Shown here: piece by piece, positions 9,094 to 29,839 of the stretch | Numbering within the stretch: position 1 is the first letter of the stretch | Layout of the letters: every line of letters begins with the position of its first letter | Origin: Balamuthia mandrillaris | Lineage: Eukaryota | Direction of reading: 5' to 3' | Length of the DNA: 64,000 nt | Assembly: GCA_031835245.2 (NCBI GenBank) | Contig: JAVKOQ020000088.1 | Span: forward strand, 1 to 64,000 | Made by a program: the position numbers and the translations under genes | The notes under the pieces: generated by a model | The model's input: only the letters and a program-made list of their open reading frames with translations | What the model was told of the DNA's origin: nothing | The model's database searches: none

Positions 9094-11991
9094 TTACATG
9101 TCACGTGGAGAAGCTATGCTAAAATGAGATAACTTTTCTTCTAGTTGTGCCTTGGCTGTGTTACGTTTACGCCGCTGATAGAGAAAGAAACCAGCAACAA
9201 AAGCTACAGCTAACAACACCACACTACATACGGTGGTTATTGTGATGATGAGGAGGTTGTTTTGACCATCATTATCAGCTTCAGTGAGCAGCACAGTAAA
9301 TCGAGAAGGAGAATTTCCACTTTTGATGGCCACGTCTTTGGCTTTGATGGAAATGGAAAGAGTATTGAGGGAGAAGGTGACAGGCTGCCGTATGTTGGTA
9401 TTGCCTTCAGAAAAGACCTCGCCCAGTACGAGCTTGCTGTCTGGTGTTATGCCTGGAAATTGGGTGGTTGGCAACTCCCATTCAAGGTCCAAATGGGTGC
9501 TTATTCCGTTGATAACAGGGTTGTTGGAGTCGAGAGGGACGATGGACACTTCAACGGAAGGAACTAGTGGTTGTTTCTTCTTAACAGTCACCGGTTCGTC
9601 TTGTGGGAGAACATCCCTGACTTGGATCACAGACGGCACAACGAGTTTGGTGATAGAGAGGGTGGCCACTGAGTTGTTTTGGGATTGTTCGCGTACCACC
9701 ACTTTCACGTCAATGGGGTTGACTGGGCTGGCCTGATCCACGAGCACGTCTGTCGGTTGCACCACCACAGAAACTGTTGGTGGAGCACATTTGGTAGGAT
9801 CTTGACTGCACGCTCCTCCGAGACAAGCGATGCCTGTCAGTCCATTAGAAGTGCTGCAAGAGCACTCCTGGATGTTGGCGACGCACATGCCGCTGTGGCA
9901 GCGACAAGGCTTGGTAGTAGGACATCCGTTTTGGGCGTAAACGCATTGACAGCTAAGAATGTCAGGGGCACAGCTGCCGTCCGCACATAACCAGGCATTG
10001 CTTCCGCAGAGAGGGGCAGGTGGGTCTGGTGGTGGTGGCGGAACCAGCTCGCGGCAAGTGGCTCCTTCCTTAGCAAATCCGGTGGGGCATTGGCAGGAAC
10101 AGCTGGTCACCAAGTTCTTGAGGGTTTGAGGGGCCTGGCAGTACGGGCACAACACACTACATCCGGGTTGAAGGTAACAATATCTATCGCTTTGCTTGCA
10201 GATAAAGAAATCGTCTTGCTGCAGTTACACAAACAAAACACAACACATAAGAACAAAGAGCAGGAAAGCACACACAAACCGAAACACTGGAAACGAATGG
10301 ATGAGAATTGCGTACCCCATCGCCATTAAAATCACCAGCAACAAGTCCTTCGCCTAACACAGAACCAAACTCAGAGCCATCCAGCCGAAAACCATTTTGG
10401 CCATTAAGGTTGGCAACGAAGATATCTCCCGCTGGCGTGGATGTACCAAAGATAATATAGGCACCCCCACCATTTGGAGTGATAAAAGAGCTATACCCAG
10501 CCGTGATGATGAGATCGTCAAGTCCATCCTTGTTGATGTCTCCAGCTGCAATATCATCTCCAAACAGTTGGTGGGAGCCTAGTTGATGCTGAACTCGAAA
10601 GCCGTTGACTCCATCCAGGTGCCTAAACGTAGTTGGAGATACGGGTTGGTTTGTACCAAGAAGGACGTAGACTGAGTCATCAACTCGAGTGGCCACGTCG
10701 GCCAGCCCATCCCCGTTAAAGTCACCGATAGGGGACAAGTGTAGTCCTATGTGAGAATTCTGTGCTGGGCCTTCCACGCGGATTGCCTCTCCGTTTTGCA
10801 CCATGACGTCCACATCTAGGACATCAGGTCTAGCACTTCTCGTGCCAAAGATGACATAGATAGCGCCGGTTCTACTAAAAGCTCCGTCGTAGTATTCTGC
10901 CCCGGTCACGACGTCATCGATGCCATCCCCGTTGAAATCTCCAATTCTCCTGATGGTTGCACCAAAATGGACTGGACCATCTATCCTATATCCTGTCGTT
11001 CCTTTAGCCTCCCACGAGCTCATAAAGCCACCTGGAGCAACATTCTCTCCACCAAAGACCACCCATATTGAGCCGGTGGATTGGCCGTTGAACCCGGCAG
11101 TCCAAGCACCCACCACGAAATCTCCTCTGTTTAACAAGAATCAATCAGCAAAAGTAACTAGAGTGAAGTGTTTTTTTTTTGAGTTTTTGTTTGTGCTAAC
11201 TTTCCATCACCGTTCAAGTCAGCTCCTGCCCCTCCTATTCCAGTTTGTCCACTGGCCTTAAAACGAAAACCGTTCGTGCCGTTCAGGGTAGTAAGGGGCC
11301 ATGCACCGGAAGGGTAAGGGTCCCTCCTTCCATACACCACATAGCCTGACTCAGCGGGCGCCCCTGGAGCACCAACCCCTATATCATCAATCTGAAATAA
11401 AAACCATCGTCACCATCGTCATTAGCTCATTTGTATGCATTGGGTGACGAGGTAACCGCTGTATTTGGTTTGGTGAAGCAAGGAAGTCTTACCCCATCAC
11501 CGTTGAAATCAGGTATGATCCAAGCATTTGAAACCTGGTCGTTGGGCTGCCCGTCCATACGAAAACCATTGATCCCATTCAGAGCTCCACCTGCTACAAC
11601 TCTCTTCTCGGTCGTACCAAATAGAACGTACGCAGAACCGCTATTAGATCGCTCGATGCCAACGCTCGTCACGATGTCTACCAATCCTGAAAGGAAGAAG
11701 GCGGGTTCAAACTCTCAAGAAATACACTACAAAAGAATTACGAGAAGCCGTCTTACCGTCTCCGTTGACATCCCCGCCTGTAGCCAAGTTCCATATCCAG
11801 GCTATAGAGTCTGCCCCTCTAAGCTTAAACTGTTCTGTTACAATAAACGGTTGTGCTACTGGCGGAGGAATAGGGCAACCAGAAGGAAAAGTGTTTGCTA
11901 GAACCACTGTTGGTGCTAAACAACCCATCGTTATCAGAGCCATTATGAGCTCCCACACAGCAAGTCTTTGTACAGTCAGCGCACTTTTCAT
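9094..11991 (-). CDS. FG-GAP (integrin-alpha beta-propeller) repeat type-I membrane protein with Cys-rich region
   Basis: Signal-peptide-like N-terminus; multiple G(D)xNGDG repeats across ORFs 11707-11991, 11427-11684, 11158-11340 and 10184-11137; Cys-rich stalk, TM helix (LLIITITTVCSVVLLAVAFVAGFFLY) and RRKR stop-transfer in 9094-10155. Confidence 0.85.
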
Positions 11992-12434
11992 CTTCGTTTA
12001 CTGTGAGCGGTTCCTTTTTTTTTCTTTTTCTCCTTCTCCTCCTTCCGTCTCCGTCAGCGATCCCTTTTTCTGTTGTTCAACCACAAGATGCATTGCCTTT
12101 TTCATCCACCTTTTGCCATTTTTGGTCCAATAATTTCTTCAACGTATCGGCAACTGCTAGAACCAGACCCGCCATTCCTGTGCAAGAGGACGTCACAACA
12201 GCACATGTAATGACGAAGCAGAGATACTACCTACAAGTTAAACGGCATTGGCATCAGTTTCTGACAGTGTTGCTCAGGCGTGGCTGTGAACCCGGTTCAT
12301 AGATGATCAACAAACTATTATAAAGAGGTAGCAGTAAAATATCGAGAAAAAAAATATAGAAATGTATTTGTACAAGAAGAGAACAATTCTCTTTACATAA
12401 ACCCAATTTTCTGCGAATAGGGCTCATCTTTTCG

Positions 12435-12462
12435 TTATCTATTTGAGAAAGCGAGATAGAGA

Positions 12463-12500
<38 letters not shown>

Positions 12501-14681
12501 AATTTAGCGTGAATGAAGGTTTTGACTACCAGAACGAGTATTAGGGGGTTGTAAAATGCATACCTGGCAAAGCCGTTGGGAGCATGTGCGTTGCTGCCGG
12601 AGGAACTAGTTGTGGATCGCCGTTTGGCAAAAGTTTTGTACCATGAGGCATGTTGTTTCTTTTCGTGGGTGGAAAGGTTAGCTTTCTGTGAAAAAGATTT
12701 GCCACAACCGGGGAACCCGCAAACATAAGGTCTCTCTCCTGTTAACGACCAATTTTTGTGAAACACAAGTGTGAACAGGTTGACTCTCTGGAAAAGGAGA
12801 GGGACAGAGAGAAAAAAGCGAAGAGAGAGAAAGAAAATACAAGAGAATAACCGCGTACCTGTATGAATACGTTGATGCCTCCGAAGATTCGAAGCCTGAG
12901 TAAAACTTTTGCCGCAGTGACTGCAAATGTGAGGCTTGCTTCCTTCGTGGGTGTTCATGTGTTCCTTCAAGGAGGCGCTATGAGCAAATCTCTTTTCACA
13001 GCCTGGGTGAGTACACGCGTAAGGCTTCTCCTTGGTATGAACGCGAATGTGTTGAGTCAAGTTAGAGCTGTCCGCAAAGGCCTTTCCACAAGCATCACAA
13101 ACGTAGGGTTTGGACCCTGGATTCTTTTTGGCTATGTTGTATATACACACCTAAAACAATTTGTGCAAAAAAAAAAAAAAAACTGAGAACAAAAAACAAC
13201 AAAAAGAACCAAAATAGCAAAAAACAAAGGTTGCGTACTTGGATAGTAAAGGGTTTTTCATCTCTGAGGTTGGGTGGTTCCGCCTTGTCCTTCTTCGCAA
13301 CGTGCGCCACGTCTTGATTCTCTTGAGAAAAATCGTTCTCTTCCCCGAAGTTCGCCATGGTACCGTTATCGCTTTCTTTCAATCTTTCTTTGCCCTTGTT
13401 TGCCTTCCTGCGCTTGATAGGTAAATTGGAGACGGATTCTCGGCGAGAGAGCCGCTTTCGTTTCGTTTTTTCTGGTACTTGCTCTATGATATGCCGCACA
13501 TCTTCATCCACGTAATCGGGATCAGATTCTTCATCGTCCACCTCTTGCTTGATGGGTTGTTGGCTCAAGGCTTTGCATACGTGGTGCTCTCCAGCATCAG
13601 GTGAATGTTCAACATCAGGATCAGTAGTAGGCTTTCGATAATCAGAAGAGGAGGAGGAGGAAGATGAAGATGAAGATGAAGAGGATGAGGATGAGGAGGA
13701 GGAGGAGGAGGAGGAGGAGGAAGAGGAAGGAGCAAGTGGCATCAAGTCCAACGCGTCATGCTTTCCTTCTCCCTGGGAACCTTCTTCTTTGCGGGCAAGA
13801 AGTGGCGCCTTCTTGTGCACTTCCAGCTGCTCCTCCACAAAGGATTTCAACTTTTGCAGCGTGTTATCGTCTAAGTCGGCAAGATCGATAGTTATATCAT
13901 TGTCCGCAGATGTCCGCAAGTTTCGAGGGGCATAGCAGCGCAACAAGTCAATGACCTTGAGTTGATCTCGGTTGGAGAGGCGGCTTATGTTTACCGAGAG
14001 CTTGCGCCTTTCTTCCATGTTGAGAACCTTGGGCTTGTCTTTTTTCCTTTTTTCCATGTTCCCGGGAGCATCGTCATCAGGCTCGAGCTCCGCCTCAGCG
14101 ATTAGGGAAGACACTCGTTTGCTCCGCTCGTTTTCAGACTCATACTCCGAGTTGTAGTCGTTTTCAGAGGAGAGATCACCTTCCTCCCCGCTTTTACCTT
14201 CCTCCTTGTACAGCGTCTTCTGCAACCTCTTTTGTGCTCTAGTTTTGGCTTTCCTCCCCTTTTGCATTTCCTCTCCTTCCTTCCATGCCGCCAGGGGAAA
14301 GGAAGGCGAAGAAGAAGAAGAAGAAGAAGAAGAAGAAAAGGAAGAGGTGGAAGGTGGTAAAGAGGACGCCTTATGACGAGCTCTGCTGCTGGAGAGTCCA
14401 TGGTGGTCATAGGACACTGCCGAGGGTGGAGGAGAGGGCAACCTACGCTGACGGCTTCTTCCTCGCCTTTCTGTCTCTTCCTCTTCATCGTCCTCAATGC
14501 CCTTCTTGCTTCTTCCTCCTCCTATCCGCTTGTCTTGAGTTGTCGTTTCTTTGCGTAGAGTGGGCTTAAAGGTCGTATTGGTAAGCTTGTCAATAATCTG
14601 GCCTCGCCGCTCTTGGTACTCGTCCTTATCCATGTGCCCTTGCTTGAACAGGGCTCTCAATCTTTCCAGATCAGTTTCCAT
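12435..14681 (-). CDS. SHOCT + ET/NET domain + C2H2 zinc-finger protein
   Basis: N-term LERLRALFKQGHMDKDEYQERRGQII (SHOCT-like); LNMEERRKLSVNISRL...IDLADLDDNTLQKLKSFV (ET-like); tandem C2H2 fingers with HTKEKPY/HTGERPY linkers; stop at 12435 after a final intron is inferred. Confidence 0.8.
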
Positions 14682-15465
14682 TTTTGGCTCTTACTGTAGT
14701 GATTATTCGGCTTATTACCACAGAAAACGACAATAAAAATGGTCAGCCAAAATAAAAAGTGTAGCACGCAAGACTTCACTTGACACACATAATATAAAAA
14801 CCTGTCTACTTCGGTGGTTGTTCTTCTTATTGCCAAGCGTATTGAAAGCTCTTAGCTTCTACGCGCTTCTCTAAAAGCCTTGTTAGTCTGCTTTGTCTTG
14901 TTTTTTTTTAAAAAAAAACAAAGTGAGATTTTCTATTCCTTCAGGCAAGAAAAAGAGTGTTTTTTTTTAAAATGCCAAAGTAAGTACAAACCTCCACCAA
15001 AGAGTGGCAATTGGCTTTCCTTCTCCTCTGTCCTTTCGGCCAAAGTCTCTCTAACAATTTGCTCCCTTTGCCCCCGGTGCCCCTGCGCCACCAACCCGCT
15101 CCTGCTTCTGCCTCTTCCTTTCTTCTGCTACTCCTGTCCCTTTCTTTCCTCCTGTTCGGCAGCAGCCACTACTTTCTTTTTTCAGGCAACACAACAACAA
15201 CCACACAGAAAAAAAAAGGGGGGCAACGGGAAATTTCCCAACAACGAAATTTCGTATGGTGTCGACGAAATGATACATTTATCAAAACAGGAAATAATTA
15301 ATAAGTAATAACGTTAATATATTTTGTTACCTCTCTTCAGGGGCCGTTACATCTTCTTTCGTTCTCGTCTCTGTGCAACAAAAACGAAAGCAGCCTCTGT
15401 TTATTTTTAGGTTCGTGTTCGCCTCTCGAGTTTGCGCTCTCTTATTTTTTTCTGCTGGCCTGAAG

Positions 15466-16168
15466 ATGCAGAAGGAGGACGAAGACCTCCAACGAACCAG
15501 GAGTCGTTCCTCCTCCTTTCCCTCTGCCCACCCTCCTGAGCTCTTGCTCTCTCTTCCCCAGGAATCCTCCTCCTCCTCCTCTTCCATCAACACAGCATGC
15601 ACCAGCTCTTCTTCCTCTCCGCGCAGCCCAAGGCTCCTCTTTCCCAAAGGCAAATCCAAAACCAAAGCCAAAGCCAAGGCGGCCAGCGAGATACGCTTCC
15701 GCCCTTCTCCTTCCATCTCTGCTGCTTCTGCAACCACTTCAAACGACAAGAAGAAGGACAAGAAAAAGGAAAAAGAGGCGGAACAAACTGCTCTGTCAGA
15801 AGGACCTCCCAGGAGAAGAAAGAGAGCAAACACCGATAACGCAGGCCTTGAAAAACCAGCTGGTGTTATATTCGAGCCCAAACGCACGGGAAGTGCTGAT
15901 ACCATGACCAGAAAGCCCAGCAAAGGCAAGAGTAAGAGCAACAAATCCTCTTCTCGAGAGCTCTCTGATGACGAGGAGCCCTCTTCCAGCCCTTCCTCGC
16001 CTTCTTCCCTCTCTTCCTCTCCTGCTAGCAGTTTTGGTAGGGGCAAGAAAAACCGTCACAACGCCAACAGCCATCCTGTGCGGAGTTCTGCCGGAAAGGC
16101 CTCCCGCAAGGCTGTTTTACCACCAAAAAAGAAAGTAGCAGGAAGTTGGCATGTTCGTGTTCCTTCTC

Positions 16169-16220
<52 letters not shown>

Positions 16221-17823
16221 ACATTTTCGATTATTCTATATTTCCGTCTCATTCGTTTTTTGTCTAATGTGCAACAAATAAACAAAGGGAGCCCCAAAGT
16301 TGAACCTGTCCAAAGCACAGGAAGTAGAGTCGAGCTCCAAGCTAAGTCCTCGAAGGAAAGCCTCCGATGCTTTGAAGCGCAGTTTCTCCTTCCAGAAGAT
16401 ACGCAACAAGAAGGAAGAGAAGTCGCGACTGGAGAAACAATTGGAGAAGTTAAGCGAACTGGAGCGATTGGACATGCAGTACCAACTCAGTTGGAAAAAG
16501 TTTGAGCTAGAAAAGCAGAAACGAGTAGAACGAAAGCACTCCTATCAGAAAAACGGCAGTGGCTCTAGCTCAGAGGAGGAAGACGAAAGAGTCAAGGAGA
16601 GAAAAGGCAAGGTAAAAGGGAGAGAAGAAAAACACGAGGATCATGATGCTAGCTGGACCAACCAGTTGAAGAAGAAAGAGAAGAAAACAAAGATGGGAAT
16701 GCAGTTAGGAGGAAGTTTGGCGTTCATTCCGGAAGAAGCCAACGGAGTGATGTGCGTTGTCTCATCGGAATGGGTGCTCAACGACAGCGACGTTGAAACA
16801 TCAAAACTAGAGAAGGAGTTAACGACCAGAAAAATGGCAAGAAGCAATAAGAGTATTGTGGGGGAAGAAGCAGAAGAAGAGGTTGATCAGCATGATGCTG
16901 ATGCAGATGACGATGACGCGGTAATGAAAGAATTGCGAGCTTTAGAATTGGAGATTGAAGAGAGCAGAGAGAAGAGACCCATCCGAAGAAGTACTTTTCG
17001 CAAGAGCGAAGAGAACAAGCCCAAGATCAACGATGCTCAGAGAAGGCGCTTTCAGAAGGAGCTCAGAAAGGCCAAGGAGAAAATGAATCGCGAGGAAGAA
17101 GAAGAGCAGCTTCGAAGCACGAAGAAAGAGAAAAGGCGGAGCGCAGAGGTAACGAGCTCGGAACGAGGAGGCAGCTGGATCAAAAGATTTGGAGGAGGTG
17201 TTAAAGACGACAAAAAAGAAAAGAAGTCGGACAAAAAACTTAAAAAGTCAAAACGTGGTTCCTCTTCCGCCAGAAACTCTCCTTACGAAGCCAAACGGAA
17301 GCATGACAAAGAGCAAGATAATGAAAGCCAACAAAGCCTGAATGATACAACATCTACCGCTTCTGAAGAAAGCATCCCCCGCACGGATTCGATGGAAGGA
17401 TGGGACCTTGAAGGCCCGTCCGCCTCTTTTCCGTCGAAGAAAACTCCTCTATTAGTCTCCTCTTTCGTGAACTTGGATGACGAGCTTGTTATCGAAGATA
17501 GCAACACAGACGACGAGCAATCCGAACAAAACAAGAAGATGAAGGCGGACAAAAAGATCGATGATGCCGCCAAGGACTTTTTTTGCCTTGACGATGAGTG
17601 CGAAACAGGAACGGAAGGATACATCAGCACTCTAGAAGAAGAGGATGAGGACGATGAGAGCGAGAGAGAAAGGAGCAACAAATCTGGTCGGATATTGCTC
17701 TTCACGGAGTCGCAGAGGTGCGTAAGCATTCAAGCCACCGACAGCAGGGATGACCTCCGCGCACAGATACTGGAGGCACGTTCCAACAAGGAAATCCTTG
17801 CTTCTCCCAATTCTGCTGATTGA
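15466..17823 (+). CDS. Lys/Ser/Glu-rich low-complexity protein of unknown function, 2 exons
   Basis: ORFs 15373-16281 and 16300-17823 separated by a (CT)n intron; ATG at 15466. Confidence 0.65.
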
Positions 17824-17849
17824 GGAAACAAAAAGCGAAAGAAAGAAAG

Positions 17850-17900
<51 letters not shown>

Positions 17901-18216
17901 CGTTGTGTACTTGTGTGAACTGTATAGCTTTAGCTAAAGAAACCCCTATCTATTTAAAACAAACAACAACAAAAAAATGAGCACAGTTCGTGGTGCTTGA
18001 TGTGGGGAGAGGAAGCAAACGCCTACTCATTATAATAATAAGAAGAATAATTATCAGATTAAGAATAATTTTTAAGGGAACCCGATTGATGGATAAATCT
18101 CCAGGCAAATAGTGAGAGAGAAGAGCAAAGACCAGATATTTGTTTGCTAACGTACTCTCACTTTTGTGTTCTGCGGTAGGTAACCACCAAGAACAAGCCA
18201 ACTGAAACGGGTCGCA

Positions 18217-20171
18217 ATGGACGGTAAGTGGCGGCTGTCCTTTTGTTGTTATTTTGGACCAAAACTGTGTTGTTGTTGTTGATGTTTTTTTTTTTGTTTG
18301 TTTGTGGGGACGTACAGCACAACAATTGAAGAAAGAGCTCGAGAAGCTGGACGAGGTGCTGAACATGGGGTTCATTTTTGAGGAGGAGTACCAACGTAGA
18401 AAGGCTGAGCTCTACGCCAAAGCTGGTAAAATTTGTTCATACCCTCGTTTCTTCCTTCCTCCTCTTTGCTGCTTCCTATTTCTGTTTCTGTTTTTTTGAT
18501 TCTGACCCTGTGTTAAGGGTTGGAGGCGCCTCCCGAAGAACCAAAGACACAACCTACAACCTCTTTGCCGTCGTTTGGTGTCTCTCCTGTGAACACTCTC
18601 TCCTTCACCACCACTTCCTACTCTCCTCCTCCTTCCCTCTCCAACAGCTGGAACAACAGCTACAACAACACCAACGACTTTGTCATCGATGACACTCCTT
18701 CCTTTACTTCCAATTACTACCAACCCCCAAAGGAAGAACAAGAACCTACCCAACCATCTTATTTCACCACTTCAACCTCTTCCTACTCTCCTCCTTCTTC
18801 CCTCTCCAACAGCTGGAACCAGCACAATGACTATAATGACGATGAACCGCAACAACAATACCAACAACAGCAACAATCAACGGAACCCAGAGGAGAGGAA
18901 GAGAATACAAAGGCGGCGTACATAATGTATGGCATGAACGTTGATGGTATCGTTATCTACATTAAGGATAGGCGTGGCCTCTTTCAGTTAGAACCGATAC
19001 CTGCTGGCACTTCCTTGCACACCATCCAACAGCGGCTCTCTGTCAGTCATCCCGTCTTACATAGAGTTCAGGCTCCTTCTTCAAATTGCGAATCCGCAAC
19101 TATATATACAAAAGAGGAGGACCGCGTTCCTGCCGGTCATTATGTTCTTAAGCAGGTACAACATGAATTCCTTATTTTCTTGTACTACCACTCTAACTTT
19201 CTCGTTTTTACGTCTCTTCTGCATCTAAAAACAGAAATACATACGTCCATTTAGGACAGGTTGCGACATGCGCATCACCGGCAAGGTTTTATCCTGGTCA
19301 GTAGCTTTCCTTTCTCTGCTTTGCCGTTATGGTTATTGTCTTGGTCTTGGGCTTTGTCTGTGTTTTGTTTTGCTTTGCTTTTCTTCTGAATACTAATTAT
19401 ATGCTGATCAGGTCGCCGGACGTGAGCGGGGACACCAACGAGATGGAAGAAATGTGCCAAATCGGCAATTACACACACGGGTATCACTTACAGCGTCCAG
19501 AGATGCCCGTATCCAATCATAGTTATAATTGGGGCTATGGCCAAGTTCCCGATGACTGCCGCCCTGACATCGACTGGCGTTGGTTGCGTTCAGGCAAAAG
19601 CCGATTGGAGCAAACTTTGGGCTTTCGCCTCCAATTCAATGCAGATGTGGAGATGGGGGAGAGCTTGGGAAAGCATGGCTATGTCAACACCTTCTCGCGG
19701 TTTAAGAAGTGGAAGGAAATGGTGGAGGAGTGGAAGCAGGACAAGCAGCAGCTGTGGAGAGAGGAGGACCAGCGTGTGGCCAGAAGGGAGAGCGAGAGCA
19801 GACAGGAAGGAGTAGTCACTGAATCGTACGGAAGCAATGCAAATGCGGAAGAAGCAGAATTGATGGAGCGCATGCAGAAGCAATTCCCGTGGTTGCCACC
19901 AAATCCCCATTACTATGCGGGCGGACTCAACTCGCACGACGCTCAGCCCATGTGGCGGTACTTTGATCCCAAGGATGTCGATCTTGCCAACCCTCCTCGT
20001 TGTCGATTCCGCATGAAGAAAAGGCAAACTCCCGTTACTGAAACGGAATGGCAGACAGAACCCGTCTCGCAACAAACGGAGGAGCCCTGGCAAACAACCC
20101 CTCCTCCTTGGGAATCACCTGAGCCCTGGGAAACGCCACAACCCTGGCCAACAGCAGGCATGTGGTCTTAA
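18217..20171 (+). CDS. SHOCT-domain protein of unknown function, multi-exon
   Basis: ATGGACG|GTAAGT start; LKKELEKLDEVLNMGFIFEEEYQRRKAEL (SHOCT-like); continues through ORFs 18520-19254 and 19329-20171. Confidence 0.7.
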
Positions 20172-20566
20172 AAACAAAGAAAAGAAGGGCGCAAAGGGGT
20201 GGGGGTGACTGGAAAGGAAGCTTCCGCGAATAAACAACGGGTTAGTCTTTTGGGTCACTGAGCATGTATCCCGCCAAAACAACCCACGTCTGTGAGCCTT
20301 GTCACTGGAAGAAAATTTTGCGTGTTTTCCTCAGGAACTGTGGGCCTCCGCCTTTGTAGCTCATGGGCGAGAGAGAGAGAGACAAGCCAATTTACCGTTA
20401 AAAACTTTTCCAGGAACCTTTTTCAATGAAAAATGAATTGCTCCTCAAGCAATAACCGCCGAAAAGAGGAAAGAAGAAAAGAGGCCGAGAAGAAAGCGCG
20501 GGAAGACCTCGAACACCTCCTCTTTGTGCGGAAGACCAACCCATTCGCACGGCTGGCCCTTGGTAG

Positions 20567-27211
<6,645 letters not shown>

Positions 27212-27275
27212 CAAATAAGTTCTGGTTCTCTTTCGTTATTTTGTCATTCTTGTAAAAACTAAACAAATATAACGT

Positions 27276-28050
27276 TTACAATGCACCACCTCGAATGATA
27301 GAGCCTTCTCTGACCCTGGCGTTCATTGCTTGCCTGGGATTCTCTTCATCATCAGAGCTGGCCTCGGCGGCCTCACCTCTATTCTGCATCTCAACGCCTT
27401 CATCCTCCTCTTTCTTCCGGAATAGAGAGTCCAGCTTGCCAAAGACCTTGTCTTCCAAAGCGCTGTTGCAGGCAAGGGCGCCGGCTGGTGTCCTCTTGAT
27501 GACGGATCCGCCTCTGCCTTTCATGTCATAACCACTGCCTCCATGATGATCCTCATCCAAACCTGTTGTCAATGTAAGTTGTTAGCAGCAATCTCTGTGA
27601 GAAACTGAAATAGAAATAACGCGGAAGACACTGACCAGCAATTTCGACGGTGTGAGAAACCCGCAAGAAACCAAGCACGCGGAGAGCAAAAAACAATATT
27701 CCAGAGAGGCTGCAAGACCACAACGCGATAACTATTACAGCGACGATCTGGACACCAAGTTGCTTGCCAGAAGAAGACTACCAATGAAACACATTAGTGA
27801 ATGTCTCCCACTAAGCAGGCATTCAACGTACGCCAACAAAGACTCCGTAATCGTCACTTTCGCGATAAACCTCTGCCACATGGTCCTCCGAAGCAAAAAA
27901 TCCAACGGCAATAACGCCCCAAGCACCACAGAAGAAATGGAGTGGAGATGCGTCCACTGGATCGTCAATTCTCAACAGCTCCAGCAATTTGGATGAGAAG
28001 AAGTAAACAAAAGCACTGATAACTGCACTCAATGAAACGAATAAGTACTG

Positions 28051-28095
<45 letters not shown>

Positions 28096-28636
28096 ATAAA
28101 GGTACTAATACAACGTACTCCCAATAACTAACGCAGCCCATGGTTGCACCACTGAACAACCAGCCGTGATGCCAATAAGTCCTGCCAACGCTCCGTTCAA
28201 CGCCGTTGACAGATCCATCAGCAGTGCTTTGTCCATAACAGCTGACCACATAATGCTGATGAAGAGCGTGAAGACAGCGCCAGCACAAGCTGAGACGGTT
28301 GTTGTTACAGCGCTGCGAGCAGCCACGGCAGAAAAGCCGCCGGACGCCATCAAAGTAGAGCCTGGGTTGAATCCATACCAACCAGTCCACAAAATGAAAG
28401 TTCTAAAGAGAAAAATAAAGGAGCGTGAGCTCGTGATTGTGAAACCTCAAGAATCACAAAAAGAGGTGGTAAACCCTAAAGCGCTGTAGGCAATGTTGTG
28501 GCCATGAATCTTGCCCGTGAACCATTTTCCTTTGTCGAATCTGCCCAATCGGGGACCAATGATAATGGCTCCCATTAAGCCGCATCCACCTCCCACCATG
28601 TGCACCACTCTGTTTTGAAGAAACGAAAGAGGAAAT

Positions 28637-28676
<40 letters not shown>

Positions 28677-29508
28677 GAAGTGTTATTACCCACTCCCAGC
28701 AAAGTCTATAAGTCCCACATCACTGACGAAATAATCTCCATCAGCTTTGAATGCGCTGAGCCAACCTGTTGAGCTCCAACACCCTTCTTTCCGTGTTAGT
28801 AGAGTACTTCAACTAAAAGAACGAAACTATAGCAAAGCAGACAAGAATATACTTACAATGGACTACAACTGGATAGATAAAGCCACTGATGGCAGAAGTG
28901 TAGATCAAATAAGCTTTCATGCGGCATCGTTCTGCTACACATCCAGAGACGATTGTGGCTGCTGTGGCTGCAAACGTGAACTTTTCGTTTTGTCTTTAGT
29001 TCCACGAAAAATAACAATTTAAAACAAAGAAGATAGTTACTTGGAAGAAGAAATAAATATAACTCTGTGTAGAGTCGTCGTCATCAATTCCAGAGAGAGC
29101 AAAATATCTGTCACCAATGAACTCGTTGTCATCTTCGTCTCCGAAGGCAAAGCCAAAGCCAACCAGGTAGAACACCAAACCTCCGAATGCAGCATCCGCT
29201 AAGTTCTTTTTATTACAACAAGAAACAATTCCCTCAGTTCTGTTTTTCAGCTCAAGAAGCTCTTCAAGCGAGAAACATACCTTCAAAAGAATGTTTGTAA
29301 CGTTTTTTTGTTGAATGGAACCAGCTTCCAACAACGCAAAACCAGCTTGCATGACTGTTGCAGTAACGCGTGAGACGAGACAACAAGGCAGAAGAACAGG
29401 AAGAAACTGAGACGTACAGAAAACGAGAGTGCCAGCAACTAACACCCAGATTGTATCAAGGTCGCTGGCAAGAGCAGCAACGGCATCTTCTGATCCTGCA
29501 CTCGACAT
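27276..29508 (-). CDS. amt: Ammonium transporter (Amt/Mep family)
   Basis: [83 protein letters not shown] motifs across exons. Confidence 0.95.
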
Positions 29509-29839
29509 GTTGTGCTATGCGTAACTTGTAAGAAAGAGAAAAGCTTACTGCAATGGTCGTTTCTCTCTTTGGCTTAGTTTTAATCGCGATGCTGTTATTA
29601 TGCATATGTCAAATAACAGGAAGGCTTGAAGGGATAGGGAGATGTATTGCGTCATTTAACGAAAGAGGCAAGATCCACGACAAAGTTCCTCCAACCCGAA
29701 CTTGGTTAATACATGTAGTCGTAAGTTTCGCAATCCGTGAACATAAACAATCAATTACAAACTTGATGTTAATTAATCGTTCTGGCCTGCCGCTTGGTGC
29801 ACCCTTTCCGCTTGCTGAGCCTTTGGTGAGGAGTGTTGG

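Noticed and set aside
14700..15460. ORFs 14880-15308 and 15011-15301 as genes
   Set aside because: Non-ATG starts, low complexity and no motifs; more likely divergent promoter or UTR
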